From Epiperipatus broadwayi (lineage: Eukaryota; Animalia; Onychophora), in NCBI GenBank assembly GCA_028023455.1, contig JAQFVV010000003.1, forward strand, positions 11,780,001-11,844,000: DNA of 64,000 nucleotides. Direction: 5' to 3'. Shown here piece by piece: positions 12,736-26,104 of this stretch; within the stretch, counting starts at the first letter, position 1, and each line of letters begins with the position of its first letter. The translations under genes and the position numbers were made by a program. The notes under the pieces are model-generated. The model searched no databases, was not told the origin of the DNA, and was given only the letters and a program-made list of their open reading frames with translations.

Positions 12736-14686
12736 TTTTTAGCAAAAAAGCAAAATATTCAATTTGATGCGCTCAATAGCAACAAGTTTGTCAACCTTAC
12801 AAACTCAAACATTCCGCACACGATTAAGGAAGTTTTTGAATTAGGTCCAAAATTCATAGGTGGACGCTGGAAGAATCCCAAAATGGACATCGTTGCTGAC
12901 GTCAAAACAGCTTTAATGGACAACCCACTAAAGGAACCAATTATCGCATGGATAGCAAAAACTATCAAGAATAAGCAGCTAAACAATTATCCAAATGATT
13001 GGAACAAGAAAATTACTAACACAAATCAATTTCTAGCGGATAATTCCATCATTTGCTTAAAAGAAGACAAGGGGAACAGATTTGTATTGATAGATGATGA
13101 TGAATATAATATTAAGATTAATACACAAATCGAAAAATTAAAATTTGTAAATCTAAATAATTTTAACAATAGGCTTAACAGAAACAGATTTATATCCAAT
13201 ATAGTATGAATAAATCGTGACAGCGTCTTTACAAAAGCCAAATACCATCGTATATACCCATCAACCTCTTCTCCTCCTAGAATCTTCGCTAACATTAAGC
13301 TGCACAAGCCTGATAAACCTTTGAGACTTATGACTGATTTTGGCAAGGCACACTATTTCAACATGGCAGTTTTGGTCAATCGCTGGCTTATTGATATATT
13401 AGGCTTTGGCGATTACACCATTAAATCATCTTTCATGTTTGTAAGAAAAAATTAAACACGCGTTTATACCAGCTAATTTTAAAATCGCATCATTTGATGT
13501 GGCAGAGCTATATGGCTCCATTGACCGTAAACAATCTATCGAAATAGTCAACGATTAATTGCAAGAAACTGCCCACCTACATGTGCCAAATTCATCATCG
13601 ATTTTTTAAAATGGCTTGATTTAAATAATAATTGCTGTTTTTAGAGATAAGTGGTTTAGTATGAACAACGGATGGCCAATAGGCCTCCCACTTAGTGGTA
13701 TAATGGCAAGCGTTGTACTTGACCATTACGAGAAGCTAATACTACCTGTACTCTTCATGTCAACCCCACATATGATATATACATGCTACATTGATGACAT
13801 ATTCGTTGCTGCCCCAGAAGACATCATCTCTAACCTTCACAATAGCCTCCATAATAATACCAAACTTACTTTTACTACTACTTGGGAAAACCAAGACAAA
13901 CAGGTCAAATACCTTGACATATGTGTTAGCAAAAACATAGATAAGCTGGACTACCAAATGGTAGTCAAACCTTTGGAAGTAAGAGGCTTGACAAACCCCA
14001 ATTCTTATGCGCCTCACTCACACAAACTTGCAGCCCTCTTCTCATTCATGTTTAGGAACCATAACTTGTGCAAATATGAGGCAGATAAAAGAAAAAATCT
14101 CATCAATTATATAACTGATTTAAGGAAAATTGGACACACTTATTCATCCATCAACAGAAAAGTCAACAAATTTTTCTATAAAATAAACCACAACCACAAG
14201 AAAGAAAACAAACCAAGAATCTTAATCCCATACGTTCACTCTACAGCTAAAAGCCTTATCAATCAACTATCATGTGACTTTGAAGTCGCTTTCCGTTCAC
14301 CTCCCAACACCAATAGATTGATAAATAATACCAAAGACAGGATCAAACCTGAACTCACCCCTCAAGTTGTGTACAAAATTACCTGCCCCCAAAGAAATTG
14401 CATGGCAACATATTATGGAGAGACCAAAACTAACATTGCCACCAGAGTAGCTCAACACCGATACCTTTACAATAAAACCAAAACAAAGTATGAAGGTAAT
14501 TCGATTTTTGTCGAACACGAAAGAAACTCTGGACATGCTTTTCTACCTACCACAGCCAATGTGGTTTGCTCTGAAACAAACGACACCAAACGTAAAGTTA
14601 GGGAAGCTTACTTCATTGTGGCTGACCCATCGGCAATCAACAGAAGAGAGGCCTGCTATTCCCTATCTCGTAAATGGTCCACGTAA
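12736..14686 (+). pseudogene. inverted PLE ORF copy (RT + GIY-YIG) with stop and frameshifts
   Basis: ORFs 12709-13209 and 13661-14686 match the minus-strand protein. Premature TGA at 13207-13209 and indels near 13445 and 13555. Confidence 0.92.
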
Positions 14687-14742
14687 CATCTGCATATAAA
14701 TTTGCATAAAATTTGCATAGTTTTACAGTTATTAACAGAATA

Positions 14743-14791
14743 ACTCGCCATGAATATGGGACTGTAGACTGTCCCGAAAGCGCTTGGCAGT
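14743..14791 (+). ncRNA. candidate variant type-I hammerhead ribozyme in PLE pseudo-LTR (copy 3)
   Basis: ACUcGCC AUGAAUA U GGGAC uguagacu GUCCC GAA AGCGCU U GGCAGU, ~57 nt after the ORF stop. Confidence 0.65.
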
Positions 14792-14891
14792 AAAAATTTT
14801 GACAATTTATTAATAGCTTCATTAACTGTGCGCAGAGCACATATATTTATATTAATTTATTTAAGCATTAATGAAGTAAAATCTTAACTAT

Positions 14892-15190
14892 TTAAATGAA
14901 ATAAATAACTTTTTCGGTATGGTCTCATTATATCTGCGATTTATCTCTCCCACTTCTTCTTTTAACCAAACGTTTTGCAAAGGCACATCGGCATCATATT
15001 CATCCATATTTATATCATTCACTTCATTCAGATCACCCTGATTGGCCCTTCTAAATCTTGGGATTTGTTTTGTATTTTGCAAATTTAATTCAGCTATGTT
15101 CGCATATGTTGTCTGTGCTCTAATATTGCTATATATTCGTGAAGTCTGATTCACACCAAACTTTATCTTGGATTCTGATGTGGATGCCAT
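14892..15190 (-). pseudogene. LINE ORF1 N-terminus (includes the right TSD 14892-14906)
   Basis: MASTSESK...TTYANIA...PKKLFISFK joins in frame to 8592 after removing the PLE. Confidence 0.85.
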
Positions 15191-15413
15191 ATTGACAATA
15201 TATAGCGTCTGAATAGCGCTTGGGAAAACTAAAAATTATATGCAATGAATCACTTACTTTGTGAGTAAAAGTCCATTTTCCCTGATAGGTGTGAATATTA
15301 ACTATCTTCAGGTGATGTTTTAAGGAACTGTTTTTTGGCAATTCAGTATTTTTTTTATACTTTTGTTAGAAACGTTTATCTAATGCATCTAACTAAAAAC
15401 ACAGCAGGACCAC

Positions 15414-15433
15414 TTATTATTATTATTATTATT

Positions 15434-15471
<38 letters not shown>
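15414..15471. repeat. (TTA)n(TCA)n microsatellite
   Basis: Directly visible. Confidence 0.95.
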
Positions 15472-16403
15472 TGAAATCTGGTGGTCAAGATGGACATTTA
15501 TTAAAAATAAGTTAACAGTAAACATTTTCTCAAAGTAACTGCTTTAGGTTTACTAAAGAATTTAAAATCACAAATTAAAAGAAAAATTAAATTATAAGGT
15601 GCAAATAAAAATAATGTTGTCTTCTGCATGAGAATCAGACTAAGTTTAACAGAATATCAAAAGTCAGAATTTCTAACTAAAAATGTTTCATTAAAATCTC
15701 TTAAAGCAAAATTGATTTTTTTTCCATTAGAAAAATCAATAGATTGTACTCAAAAAATTTAGGTAAATTAAAACTGTAACTACTACTAAATCTTATTAAT
15801 AATTATTAATTAAAATCCAATTACTTTGTACTAATAGTGTTAAATATTTTTACTACCAGCTTATCTGCTAATAAGAAAATACACTTCAATAAAATTAAAA
15901 AGTAAAAGTCATTACAGAATGAACAAATTAAAAATGCAAAAGTCAATTTTATTATATATATATATAAATAAATAATAATTAATAATATAATGATTTATAT
16001 AAATGCAATATTGTGGAAAGAAACTACTCTTTACAGCTGTGCTGGGAAATTTAAGGGATTATCAATTTTCTAGACATGTTTGAACAGTTGTTTGAAGAGT
16101 AGTTTCCTTCTATGATATTACATATAGAAAAAATAGTAAAATAGCATAGGTATATATGACAACATTCCTTACCTTGTGTGATAATGGTGTAATGAAAATT
16201 AAATTACAGAAATATTATTCATTATTGGATCATCTCTATTCTACTGAATGACTAATAAAAATTATTATTATACTTTCAATAAATGATTTGGGTTAAAGTT
16301 GTGAGGACTGTACATTTGACCCTTATCAATTAAACTGTTGTAATTTGCTATCTTACTATATAGTGAATAATGATAAAGATATGTGTAAGAAATTGTGATC
16401 TGT

Positions 16404-16447
16404 ACCAACTGATGAGTGCTGGCTTAGCATGAAATATGCAGTTTGGG
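16404..16447 (+). ncRNA. degenerate family B hammerhead within a ~130-bp family B fragment (~16360-16490)
   Basis: ACCAA CUGAUGA GUGCU(ggcuu)AGCAU GAA AUAUGCAG U UUGGG. Stem III is decayed. Flanks match 34726-34790 and 37571 onward. Confidence 0.6.
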
Positions 16448-19096
16448 GATCATAGATCTTTTTCACATGTCTTTGATCATATGTTTATGATTACATCCCT
16501 CCATAAAGTATTAAAAGTGGATAGAAAACATTCCATATCTTGTGTGAGGGTGGCATAATAAAAAATAAACTAAAGAAATATTATTAATTATTGGATAATC
16601 TCTTGTTTAATGAGTGACTAATAAAAATTACTAATTTAATTTAATTTGTTCTTGTAAATTCATTATCCTGCTCCATATGAATAAATAAAGAGAAATATGG
16701 CAAACATATGCAGTAACATTCTTACAACCAACATCATAATTATTGTATATTTTCTACAGATTATGATATATATATTAGCAAAGAAAAAAAGATGAAATAA
16801 TTGTACTCATAAAAATTAGAAATCTAAAATAAATAACATGGCAATCAGTACTAGCTATCAATACAAAATGTTATAGCAGATTGATTGTAAAATGTAAAAG
16901 AAAATACCCATACATGATACATTATGTGATGAATTTTCAAGGATAGAGAGATAATAATCCAGTGACTACTATTGTTTTCATTGTAGCAGAAATCTTAAAA
17001 ATAAATTTGTCAAATAACTGGAAAAAAGGAATAGCAGTTCATTATTAAGGTATACATATGTTTCATGACTTGATAAAATAGTAAACATATGTAATAGTGG
17101 GCAATGTAATAAGTACTATAAATAAAAGATTTGTTCTTCCCTTTTTATTGTTTCCTAAGATGCTGAATTTATGACATTCTCTAAATTTACATAAATATAT
17201 TAAAATTTTTAAATCTAAAATAATGATTACAACTATATAGATGAGATGAAGATTTTGACAAAAAAAATTTTAACATGAATGTGGACTACTTTAATAATAT
17301 GTTCTTAATATCTGCATAAACAAGAACCACCTCAAACAATAAAAATATATAATATTACAGTTAGCAGATATAGACATTAAGTTATCTATCAAAGTCAAGT
17401 TTACAATATAATATAGGTAGAATTGATTTCAAACTCATTTTCAAATAAGGAAAAATCTGGTAAATAATCAAAACCTATATTAAATAACTTAAATATCTTT
17501 TGAAAGAGAAAATTATTTAAAATCAGATCTCAAATCTTTTGCATTTGTGATATCATTTTGATCATATGAAACTTTTTGAAATCATCCTCACTTAATTATA
17601 AAAGAAATAAACATGAAAACTATGCATAATTACTCTTTAATCATAATCTAGCATAGAAACAAATATAGTCAATGCAAATTTTAATTAAAAGCTGTATTTA
17701 TAATGTCAAAATAATTGAAACTGTAGCTTAATATTTTGTCAATGATGATCATAAAACAATTCCAATGACCTTAACACACATAGTATTTTTTTTGAATTGT
17801 AATTAATGTTGAAAATGTCATTTTTTTTATAAAATGATAAAGTATATGTCATTGTTAATCAGTAATTGAAATTCAGTTTAACTTGAAACTAAAAGTATTC
17901 ATTGTTTGTTTTTTTAAACTCTAGTTTGAGATTTAAATCACATAAAAGCTCTAAAAAGTTCCCAAAATTTCAAAGAGAGATGTTTTTTTTTTAATTCAAT
18001 CTAATTAATTATTATCCGATATTTATAGAAAATATTCATGAGAATGATTATGCAAAGATAATGAATGATCTGTTAATCAAATTTAAATTTTCAACAATAA
18101 AATCAACTATATATAAAACATTTCAACTGTCATTTTTCATTATATATTCTATATGCTCAATCTTATCATAAATTCTTGAATTTTAAATTCCAGAATAAAA
18201 ATATTCATGATATATATCCTTGCAGAAACATATTGAGTTTATTGAGTTTTTTTAATATATTTATTAACTAGTATAATTTACATATCCAATTTTCATTGTA
18301 AAAATAATCTGAAAAACTTTAATTATTTTCAGGCTTAGAAATTTATTGATTAATTTCTTAATGCTAATAGCCACCTTAAAGTTTTTTCCTTTGACAAATA
18401 CTGAATCCCTGCTACATTCAGTAATGGTTGTAAATTTCACTTACATAGATTTAAAAAAAGACATGACTTTTAATGAATTTAGTAACATTAAATTGTATTT
18501 TTTAGATCTATAAAAAAAAATGTTTAGCCACCAATGCAGAATTAATATTAATCTGAAATCCAATTTCTTTTTTCCCTATCATTATTGTTGCAGTTATTCC
18601 ATTGCAAATATACATCTTAAAGAATTCAATCACTTTTAGAAAAATATTTTCACTCATTATATCCCTATCTAATGACTGAGCAAAATAGAAGTTTTTATGA
18701 ACAGTATTATTGAAGCAATTAGTTTATGCCAAATTTGTAATATCAATCAATTCATCCAAATGGTTTATAATAAAATCATTAAATAAACATTTTAATTATT
18801 CTACACATATATCGATAAACACATAAAAGTATAAAACTTAATATGACATTCCAACTGTATGGTTTAACTCTATGAACCATATTTTTTTTCTTGTGAAATA
18901 ATTCTTGCTTTATTTTATAAGATAAATTACCTTTTTTTTTTTAATGGTTCAAATAAATAAATCTGAAACAAATGGAGTTGAGATTGAGAAGGATTATTTC
19001 TGCTCATACACTATTAAAAAAAAAGTTTGAGTAAATCAAACAAAATAATGTTTGAAACCAATAAGAGATTGGTCAAAATAATTAATTAGATGAAAT

Positions 19097-19163
19097 ACCA
19101 CTAAACATCACATGATCACTATTTCTTAAGCTGAGTGGCACTACTGTATGGAGAGTTTTGCCT
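19097..19163. mobile_element. 67-bp two-ended family A mini-insertion
   Basis: Left accactaaacatcacatgatcac (antisense family A end) and right gagtggcactactgtatggagagttttgcct (sense). Flanked by ttagatgaaa (19086-19095) and ttagattaaa (19167-19176). Confidence 0.7.
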
Positions 19164-20820
19164 GTTTTAGATTAAACGTCTTTATACTATGTTATAAAAT
19201 CTTCATTTATATCAAAAACTATAAAAATTCTAGTAATAATTATATATTAAACTATTTCTATCTTCTAATATTAATATTAAATGCTTTTAGAAAAATTCAA
19301 ACTTTAAAAATATTGCTCAATATATAGTATATCATTTGAAATTCCTACTAACAACTGAAAAGTCATGTTTAATATGAAACAACTTTTATTCAGCTGATGA
19401 ATTATATTATTGTATCTATATATGCTGTACAGTTCTAATTACCATTCAGCACTCTTAAGCAAAAAAAAACACTTTATTTTAAATGTGCCATAATTGGTCA
19501 CATAATCTTGCAGTGTAATACTAGCACTTGTGTGGTACATAATAATATAGATAAAAATTATTAATTTTTCAGTAATGGCCTGCAACTCAAATCATGGCAA
19601 ATATTTTGCAGATTACCCTTAACTACCTATTTGAAAATGGAAATTTTCTAATAATCCTCAACTTTAGCCTAATGTAGAGTTGACAAGCAGATGAATGACA
19701 TATCTTCTAAACAAAATATTATTCTTTTATCATGTGGCATTCATAATTTTGATTTGAATTCTGTCAAATTATTCCCTTGCATCAATAAGTTAAAGCAAAA
19801 TCTAGATACATAACATTCTAATAATGATAAATTTCACAGTTGAAAACAAACATTAAGACATCTGATGCTATAATTCTTAATAAGACTTATCTAATGCATA
19901 ATAAATAACAAAAATAAAATGTCTGTTGCTAATCTTAGTGACAACCACATTAACAGAAAATGATTTTCAAAAGAACAATATTAATATGTAAATATTTTAT
20001 TTAAATATATTGTGGTTTCTTATTATATACCACTGCATTCTACTATTAACACATAGATTGAGGAACTGTTAAAAAACATATCAGGTCATGCATTTATTTA
20101 TTACTAATTACTCATGTATGATTTTGTAAAATCTTTAATTTTTCTTTATCAGCAATATTTCTTACAACTTTGCATTCACTATTTTTTAACTTTACTGAAA
20201 TTTAAAGTTTTATTTATTTATTTTTAGACTGTATGTCTAAGGGTTAACCATTTCAAATATTTATTCCCTGGTGTACATTTGTATATATAGATTATTTAAT
20301 TCAAGATTTTAAATTTGAAATATGAGCAGGAGTATCCAAGCACATGTACAATACATAATATATATGTGGCTCACACATTCACCAACAAAAATATTTTTAA
20401 AAAATGTATATAAGTAATAAAAAATTAAAAAATTCATCTTTTGAAATGAAATCTGTATTTGAAAATGTACACATTTATTCAATTCTGAATAATAGACTAA
20501 TTATCAAAAATCAAAGAAATCAATTATTTCAGATTTACTATCAAAGAGGCTACTTTTGATACTGAAACTAGCATTATGAAAATTTAAAAATATGTATGTA
20601 GAACAATTAAAAAAATGGATATATTTATTTATGCTATAAATCAATGAATCTCAAAAAAAATTATTTAATGGTCATCGTATTAATAAAAACCAACACTTCT
20701 GTTATTATTTAGCAGTGATAATATTATTAATACATACAATTAAAATAATTACCCAGCACTTTCAACACTAATGTGTCTTTATCAAGGCAAACTCTGTAAA
20801 ACATGGACTCTTTCCACACT

Positions 20821-21255
20821 TTAAAAAAAAAAAAAACACTTTAACAACCGGACATTACTAATCAGAAAACTAGTTTGTTTGGCATTAATTGCATCCTGGG
20901 ATTTCTTAATTAAATACGATTCCATAATCATTTGTTTCTGATCATGTGGCTCATACATCAATATATTAAACTTTTGTGGAATAAAACTATGACTAGTTGC
21001 ACATTGATGAATATAAAATACTGAATATACCATATTATCTTCTACCACTTTTTTATATGAATAATTATGCTGTTGCAAACAACATTTCATATTCATCCTC
21101 TTTTCACCAATATAAATAGTACAACATCCTGGAACTTGGAAAACAATAGAATATATCATTTGACATTTATCACTATCAGCTGTTTTACTTTTAGTATTGT
21201 TTAATTTCCTATTAAGAGGTGGTGTATGCCAAGTTATTCTATAATCATTACTCAT
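20821..21255 (-). pseudogene. decayed PLE GIY-YIG endonuclease (different PLE lineage)
   Basis: MIYSI..PGCCTIYIGEK..LQQH..HQCATSHSF..ESYLIK..AIN aligns motif by motif with the C-terminus of the 8776-10377 protein. Confidence 0.75.
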
Positions 21256-23799
21256 AATTGATGCTAACTTACCCTGTATATTAGGTGCAATACATAATAT
21301 AAATGCACAGTGAGATTTAGATTTCCCAATAATAAAATATTATGATAAATCTTGAGTGTGAGAAGATAAAATAATGTTAAAGGGATGATTAAAACCAATG
21401 ATAAACTATTACTGAATATAGTTAAATGTTTGTTATTTGGGCATGATTCCTTTTTCCAAGAGATTTTATCTATCTACATTTCATATCTCAATTAAATATA
21501 AAAATCTCACAATGATCTATAATACTGTTTATTTGGTTTATCCACTGAATCTTGTCATGTGACTCTAATATCTTACAGACAATCTTCTATGGAAAACATT
21601 AAAATCAACTTTTTACAATGAAGGAAGATTTCTCATTTATCAATTTTAGGTAAAGCACTGGCATGAAAAAAAAAATACAAGTAATCAACTGTTCATAGTC
21701 CTGACATTCTATTATAAGTAAGTTATCCAAACTGGAAACTAGCTAACAAATAGATTTTAATATCATATCATATAAAAAAAAAATTATAGCTGAATAGACA
21801 ATAATTCTATAAACTCTCAAATTCTTTCTTTCAATCATAAGCAGCAATGAATTATAAAGATGAATAGCAATTGCAATTCTAAGACTAAAAAAATAATTAA
21901 AACAACAACAATAATAATAATAATAATCTTAAAATAATATTTAAAACCATTCCAAGACCCAAACTATCTCTTATCACTGATTATTTAAAATCCCCCAGAG
22001 ATTCATTACTGATACAGAATCTTGTATTCTCTCCTAAAAATAAATATCACTAATGAGAAATATATTCATTACTTTGTCTATCCTCATAGTATAATGAAAA
22101 ATCCATTCTTAACAAGATAAATAGACTTCTATGCTACAAATTTAAATACTGATCACTCGAACCTAAGTTTTTTTATTTATTTTTAAAATTAAAATTAGAA
22201 GCATTACCTATAAATCATTTTTGCAGATATAGAAGACACAAATAATGGAAGATCTTTTTAATCTTTGCTTCTTGACCTAATCTTATAAGGTTATAACTGA
22301 AATACCAGCTCTATTCAAAACAAAAAATATAGATATCATATATCTCCTGGAAATTTTTGGTAATGGTCTTTTTTCATATATCCATGCCAGTACATTTATT
22401 CTCTATATAAACTGGGATACAAGATGTATGTTTGTAAACAATAATAACCCAGAAGACATTCAGATATATTTAAAAATAATCAAGAAAGGGACAAAAAAAA
22501 TTTGCAAAATATAAAATTTACATAGAAACCTGGTTAATTCTTTATCAACCATCACACTAACTTTAGGAGAACAACTAAAATTAAATTTCAAACAAAAAAA
22601 CCTCATTATTTCACATACACTAAATGAAAAGACCTCATAGATATATTTAAATTTTGTAAACCTCATATAAGTCCTAGTTTTCTTTAAAATGGAGACTTAT
22701 TAACAATTTGATGTTCTTTTTAATACATTTAACCTTGGGTATTACATGTGGGGGGGAAAAAAAAAAAAGCAAAAAAGGGAAAAACAAATGTATTCAACTT
22801 TCAATGAATGAATAAATGTGTGCTATTACTAACAGTTGACTGTAATTGGATAATTTAAATAAATTTAATTTTTTCTAAAGACATTCAATACTTAATATTA
22901 GATGATGGAAATAGTCCAATACATAAATATGATTAAAATACCATTGCCACAAATCTTCAGGATAAAGATGATGATTGTAATAATAACAATAGTAGTAATA
23001 ATTAGTAGTAGAAATACACCAGAGATTAATTCTGCAATAACTATATCAAATAACTATACAAATAAATCTTAATATAAAGTGTGCTGGCACATTAAATATT
23101 TTACAATGGTGTCTTTTAACTTTTTCTATAGAAAACTTTTATTTTTAAAATACTTTAGTATCATGCCTAATTATAATTCACCAATGAATTTTATTCTCTA
23201 TCATATTTTTTGATGAAAATGATTAACATTGCATTTTTAATTTTGTAATAATCTTTATATGTAGTTGTTCTCTCCCATAAAAATCATGTTCATCATAAAA
23301 TGTCCTTTTAGGAAGTTTTATAGAATTCATCTGTTTCATGTGTCTAATTCAATGATGGTATAATTTTACAATAATGGACTCTATTGTAACACATCCATCA
23401 AATTGAAAAATTCTTGCCATTGTATTTTCAAAACTTTATAGAGCATTTTTACATTTTTTTTTAATCCCATCATACTGCATGATAGAATCTCTATCTCACT
23501 TTCATACAATAAATTAAATAAAATAACAGTGCTATATATAGTTAATTTTGTTGCAGTTTGATGAAATAACCAATACTTTCATTTGTTAAAGCAGCACATA
23601 AGAGTTTATACTGAAACCAAACACTTAAATTCATCTTTCTGCTTATCAAACTAATTTGCTATTTAAATTGGCTTATATTCTTAAACTCTATATGCAATAA
23701 TTATTTCACTGTATAAAAAAATCTATCTTTTAATTTGTTAAACCAGCAACAGTACATTGGAGTTTGTGTTGCTTCTCAACACCTAAGTCCGCCTTTCTA

Positions 23800-24640
23800 T
23801 TTATCAAACTAATAAGATATTTAATATTTAAACTGACTTACATTCTTAAGTTGATAACCATTCAAGCTAAAAATTTCTGAATATTTTTCTTCCATAATTG
23901 ATTGTTAAAGAACTAGAGTTTTTAACACTAATTATTAAATCAAAGACTTTATCTATTTCATTCAAACCATTCAATACACTTTGCAGATCATTTTTTGAAA
24001 TGGACAAAATAGTACAATCATCCAGAAAAGTGATTGTTTTACTTTTGATTGTTTTACTTTTAATCAATTCAATTACAAATTCTATCATCAAATCTGTATT
24101 GCATCTTAACCTGATTCATTAAGCCACCACTAAAAATCACAGTCATAAAAATCAAAAACAATGTTGAAGCAATTTTCATTTCAAATGCCTATGATTTTCT
24201 GCCTGTAATAATACTTTCTTATTCCATCACATAAAAGTTATATCATACTGAATAAATTTTGGTGGATAACCAATTAATTTCAAACAGCGTCAAATGCCTT
24301 GATCAATCATTAATATATATATATATATCATTTTTTTGTTTCAATACTTTTCTTACATATGTCTGGCAATAAAAACTCTTTCTATAATGTTTTTTTTTTA
24401 ATTCTCTAAACCTGGATTGAATATCAGGTAACAACCTATTGAACAAAATCTTGAAAGTGTCTTTATTGTAGTAGATAATAAATAATGATATTCCATATTA
24501 ATTACAGCAATATTATATCCCCTTTATTTTTAAAAATCTGAAACAATAGAAGCATTCCTAAAATTAGGCAACACAACTTCCATATATTGTTTTAAAAATT
24601 CCAATATTTTTTAAGCAAATATCCACTATCATATTACAAA
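23800..24640 (-). mobile_element. decayed RTE (BovB-like) reverse transcriptase remnant
   Basis: Frameshifted IFKNKGD, LLPDIQSRFR, KAFDAV and TFLDDC..FDLIISVKN (ORF 23867-24091). Confidence 0.6.
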
Positions 24641-24655
24641 GTCTATATAAGTAAA

Positions 24656-26104
24656 GAAAGAATTCATAATATAAAGTTTTTCTTTTTCTGCAAACTTACC
24701 TTAAGTCTATGTCCTCTCCCATTTCTATTACCATAACCAAAATTACCTACAGCACTCTCATCTGTCATTTGTTTACCAATACTAGCATTAAAGTCTCCCA
24801 TAACAATTTTAAAATGTTTACTCTGATAAAAAGCTTTTTGTACATCTATATAAAAATCTTCTACTACTACTACATCACTATTAGAACTTGTTGGTGCATA
24901 AACCTGAATTATCTGCATTTCGTATCTGCTATTAAGTTGTATATCTAATCTTGCCACTCTGTCTGATACGCCATCAATCTCCATAATGTTGTTCTTCCAC
25001 TTTTTATTTATAATGAATCTTACTCCACTTGTATTTTCAATATTTGTGCCTTTATAATAGAGTACATGACCACTTTTTAAATCTATTGTCTCTTTACCTT
25101 TTCTTCTAACTTCACAAAGTCCAATAATGGCCCATTTAATATAAGATCCTTCTTCTAATTCTTGCAATCTTTCTTTACTACATAATGATACTAGGAAAGT
25201 CAACATTGAGAGACTGTAAGACAGAATGATTCCATATCTCCAAAACTTTTTACAGCAGTGCTGCAAAAAGTATTTTGTGGATTAAAATGGGAAACTAAAG
25301 GAGTGAAAGTAAATGGAGATTGTTTAAGTCATTTAGATTTTGCAGATGATGTAGTTGTTTTTGCATATAATGCGTTAGAGCTACGAGAAATATTGCAAAA
25401 GTTATCAGATGAAAGTAGGACTAAAGATAAATGTTAAAAAGACTAAAGTAATGTTCAATGGATTTTCTCAAAATATTAAAATAAAGATTGATTATGATGA
25501 GTTAAAAGAAATTAACAGCTACAAATACCTTGGTCAGATTATTAATACAGATGGAACATAATGGAAGAAATTAATCATAGAATTAAATGTGGTTAGAGTG
25601 CTTTTGGTAGAAATAACTTTGATACTAAATGGAAATATGCCTATGTGTTTGAAAAGGAAAGTTTTTAATAAATGTGTTTTACCAATTCTTACTTATGGAT
25701 CTGACACTTGGATACTTAATAGAAGAGCAATATAGAGACTTCAGACCACTCAAAGAAGTATGGAGAGATGCATGTTAGGAGTAAAAAGAAGAGATCGAAA
25801 ACACAATATATGGATAAGAGAACGATAAGGTGTTACTGACCTCACTGAAAAAATGAAAAGACTGAAGTGGAGTTGGGCTGGACATATTGCTAGGAGACAT
25901 GATAATAGATGAACAATTGAAATCTTAAACTGGATTCTAAGAGATTGTAAAAGACCAAGAAAGAGAGCACGTGTGAGATGGATGGATGAAATAAGAAAGT
26001 GTGCAGGGGCGATGTGGAGAAGAAAAGCCAAAGATTGATTAGAGAAGATGGATTGAACTAGGAGAGACCTTCATCCTGCAGTGGATTGATAGTGGTTGAT
26101 GATG
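24656..26104. mobile_element. RTE-clade LINE with 5' inversion (APE part minus 24656-25178; RT/3' part plus 25179-26104)
   Basis: Minus: IIGLCEVRRKG..QVYAPTS..VMGDFNA. Plus: VRQ..SISPKLF..LDFADD..(GAT)n tail. TSD atataagtaaa at 24645-24655 and 26105-26115. Confidence 0.85.

Larger units (their letters stand above)
8608..14891. mobile_element. composite Penelope-like element insertion (tandem 2509-bp units on minus + inverted arm on plus)
   Basis: Minus-strand full unit (~8608-11100) and 5'-truncated unit (~11100-12735), inversion junction at 12735/12736, plus-strand arm 12736-14891, 15-bp TSD. Confidence 0.92.
2961..15335 (-). mobile_element. L1/Tx1-clade non-LTR retrotransposon, near full length, degenerate, interrupted by a PLE at 8608-14891
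   Basis: ORF1 (RRM-like region + CCHC knuckle), then ORF2 (APE-RT-zf), then AATAAA and a trinucleotide tail. The 5' end is approximate. Confidence 0.85.

Noticed and set aside
8640-14840. Short antisense ORFs repeated in each PLE arm (e.g. 8926-9165, 9445-9702, 9794-10051)
   Set aside because: They are shadows of the RT ORF, repeated only because the DNA is duplicated.
15273-15312. CTGAAGA...GAAA in the LINE 5' UTR
   Set aside because: The core is sequestered in a simple hairpin (cctga/tcagg), and there is no NUH or stem I.
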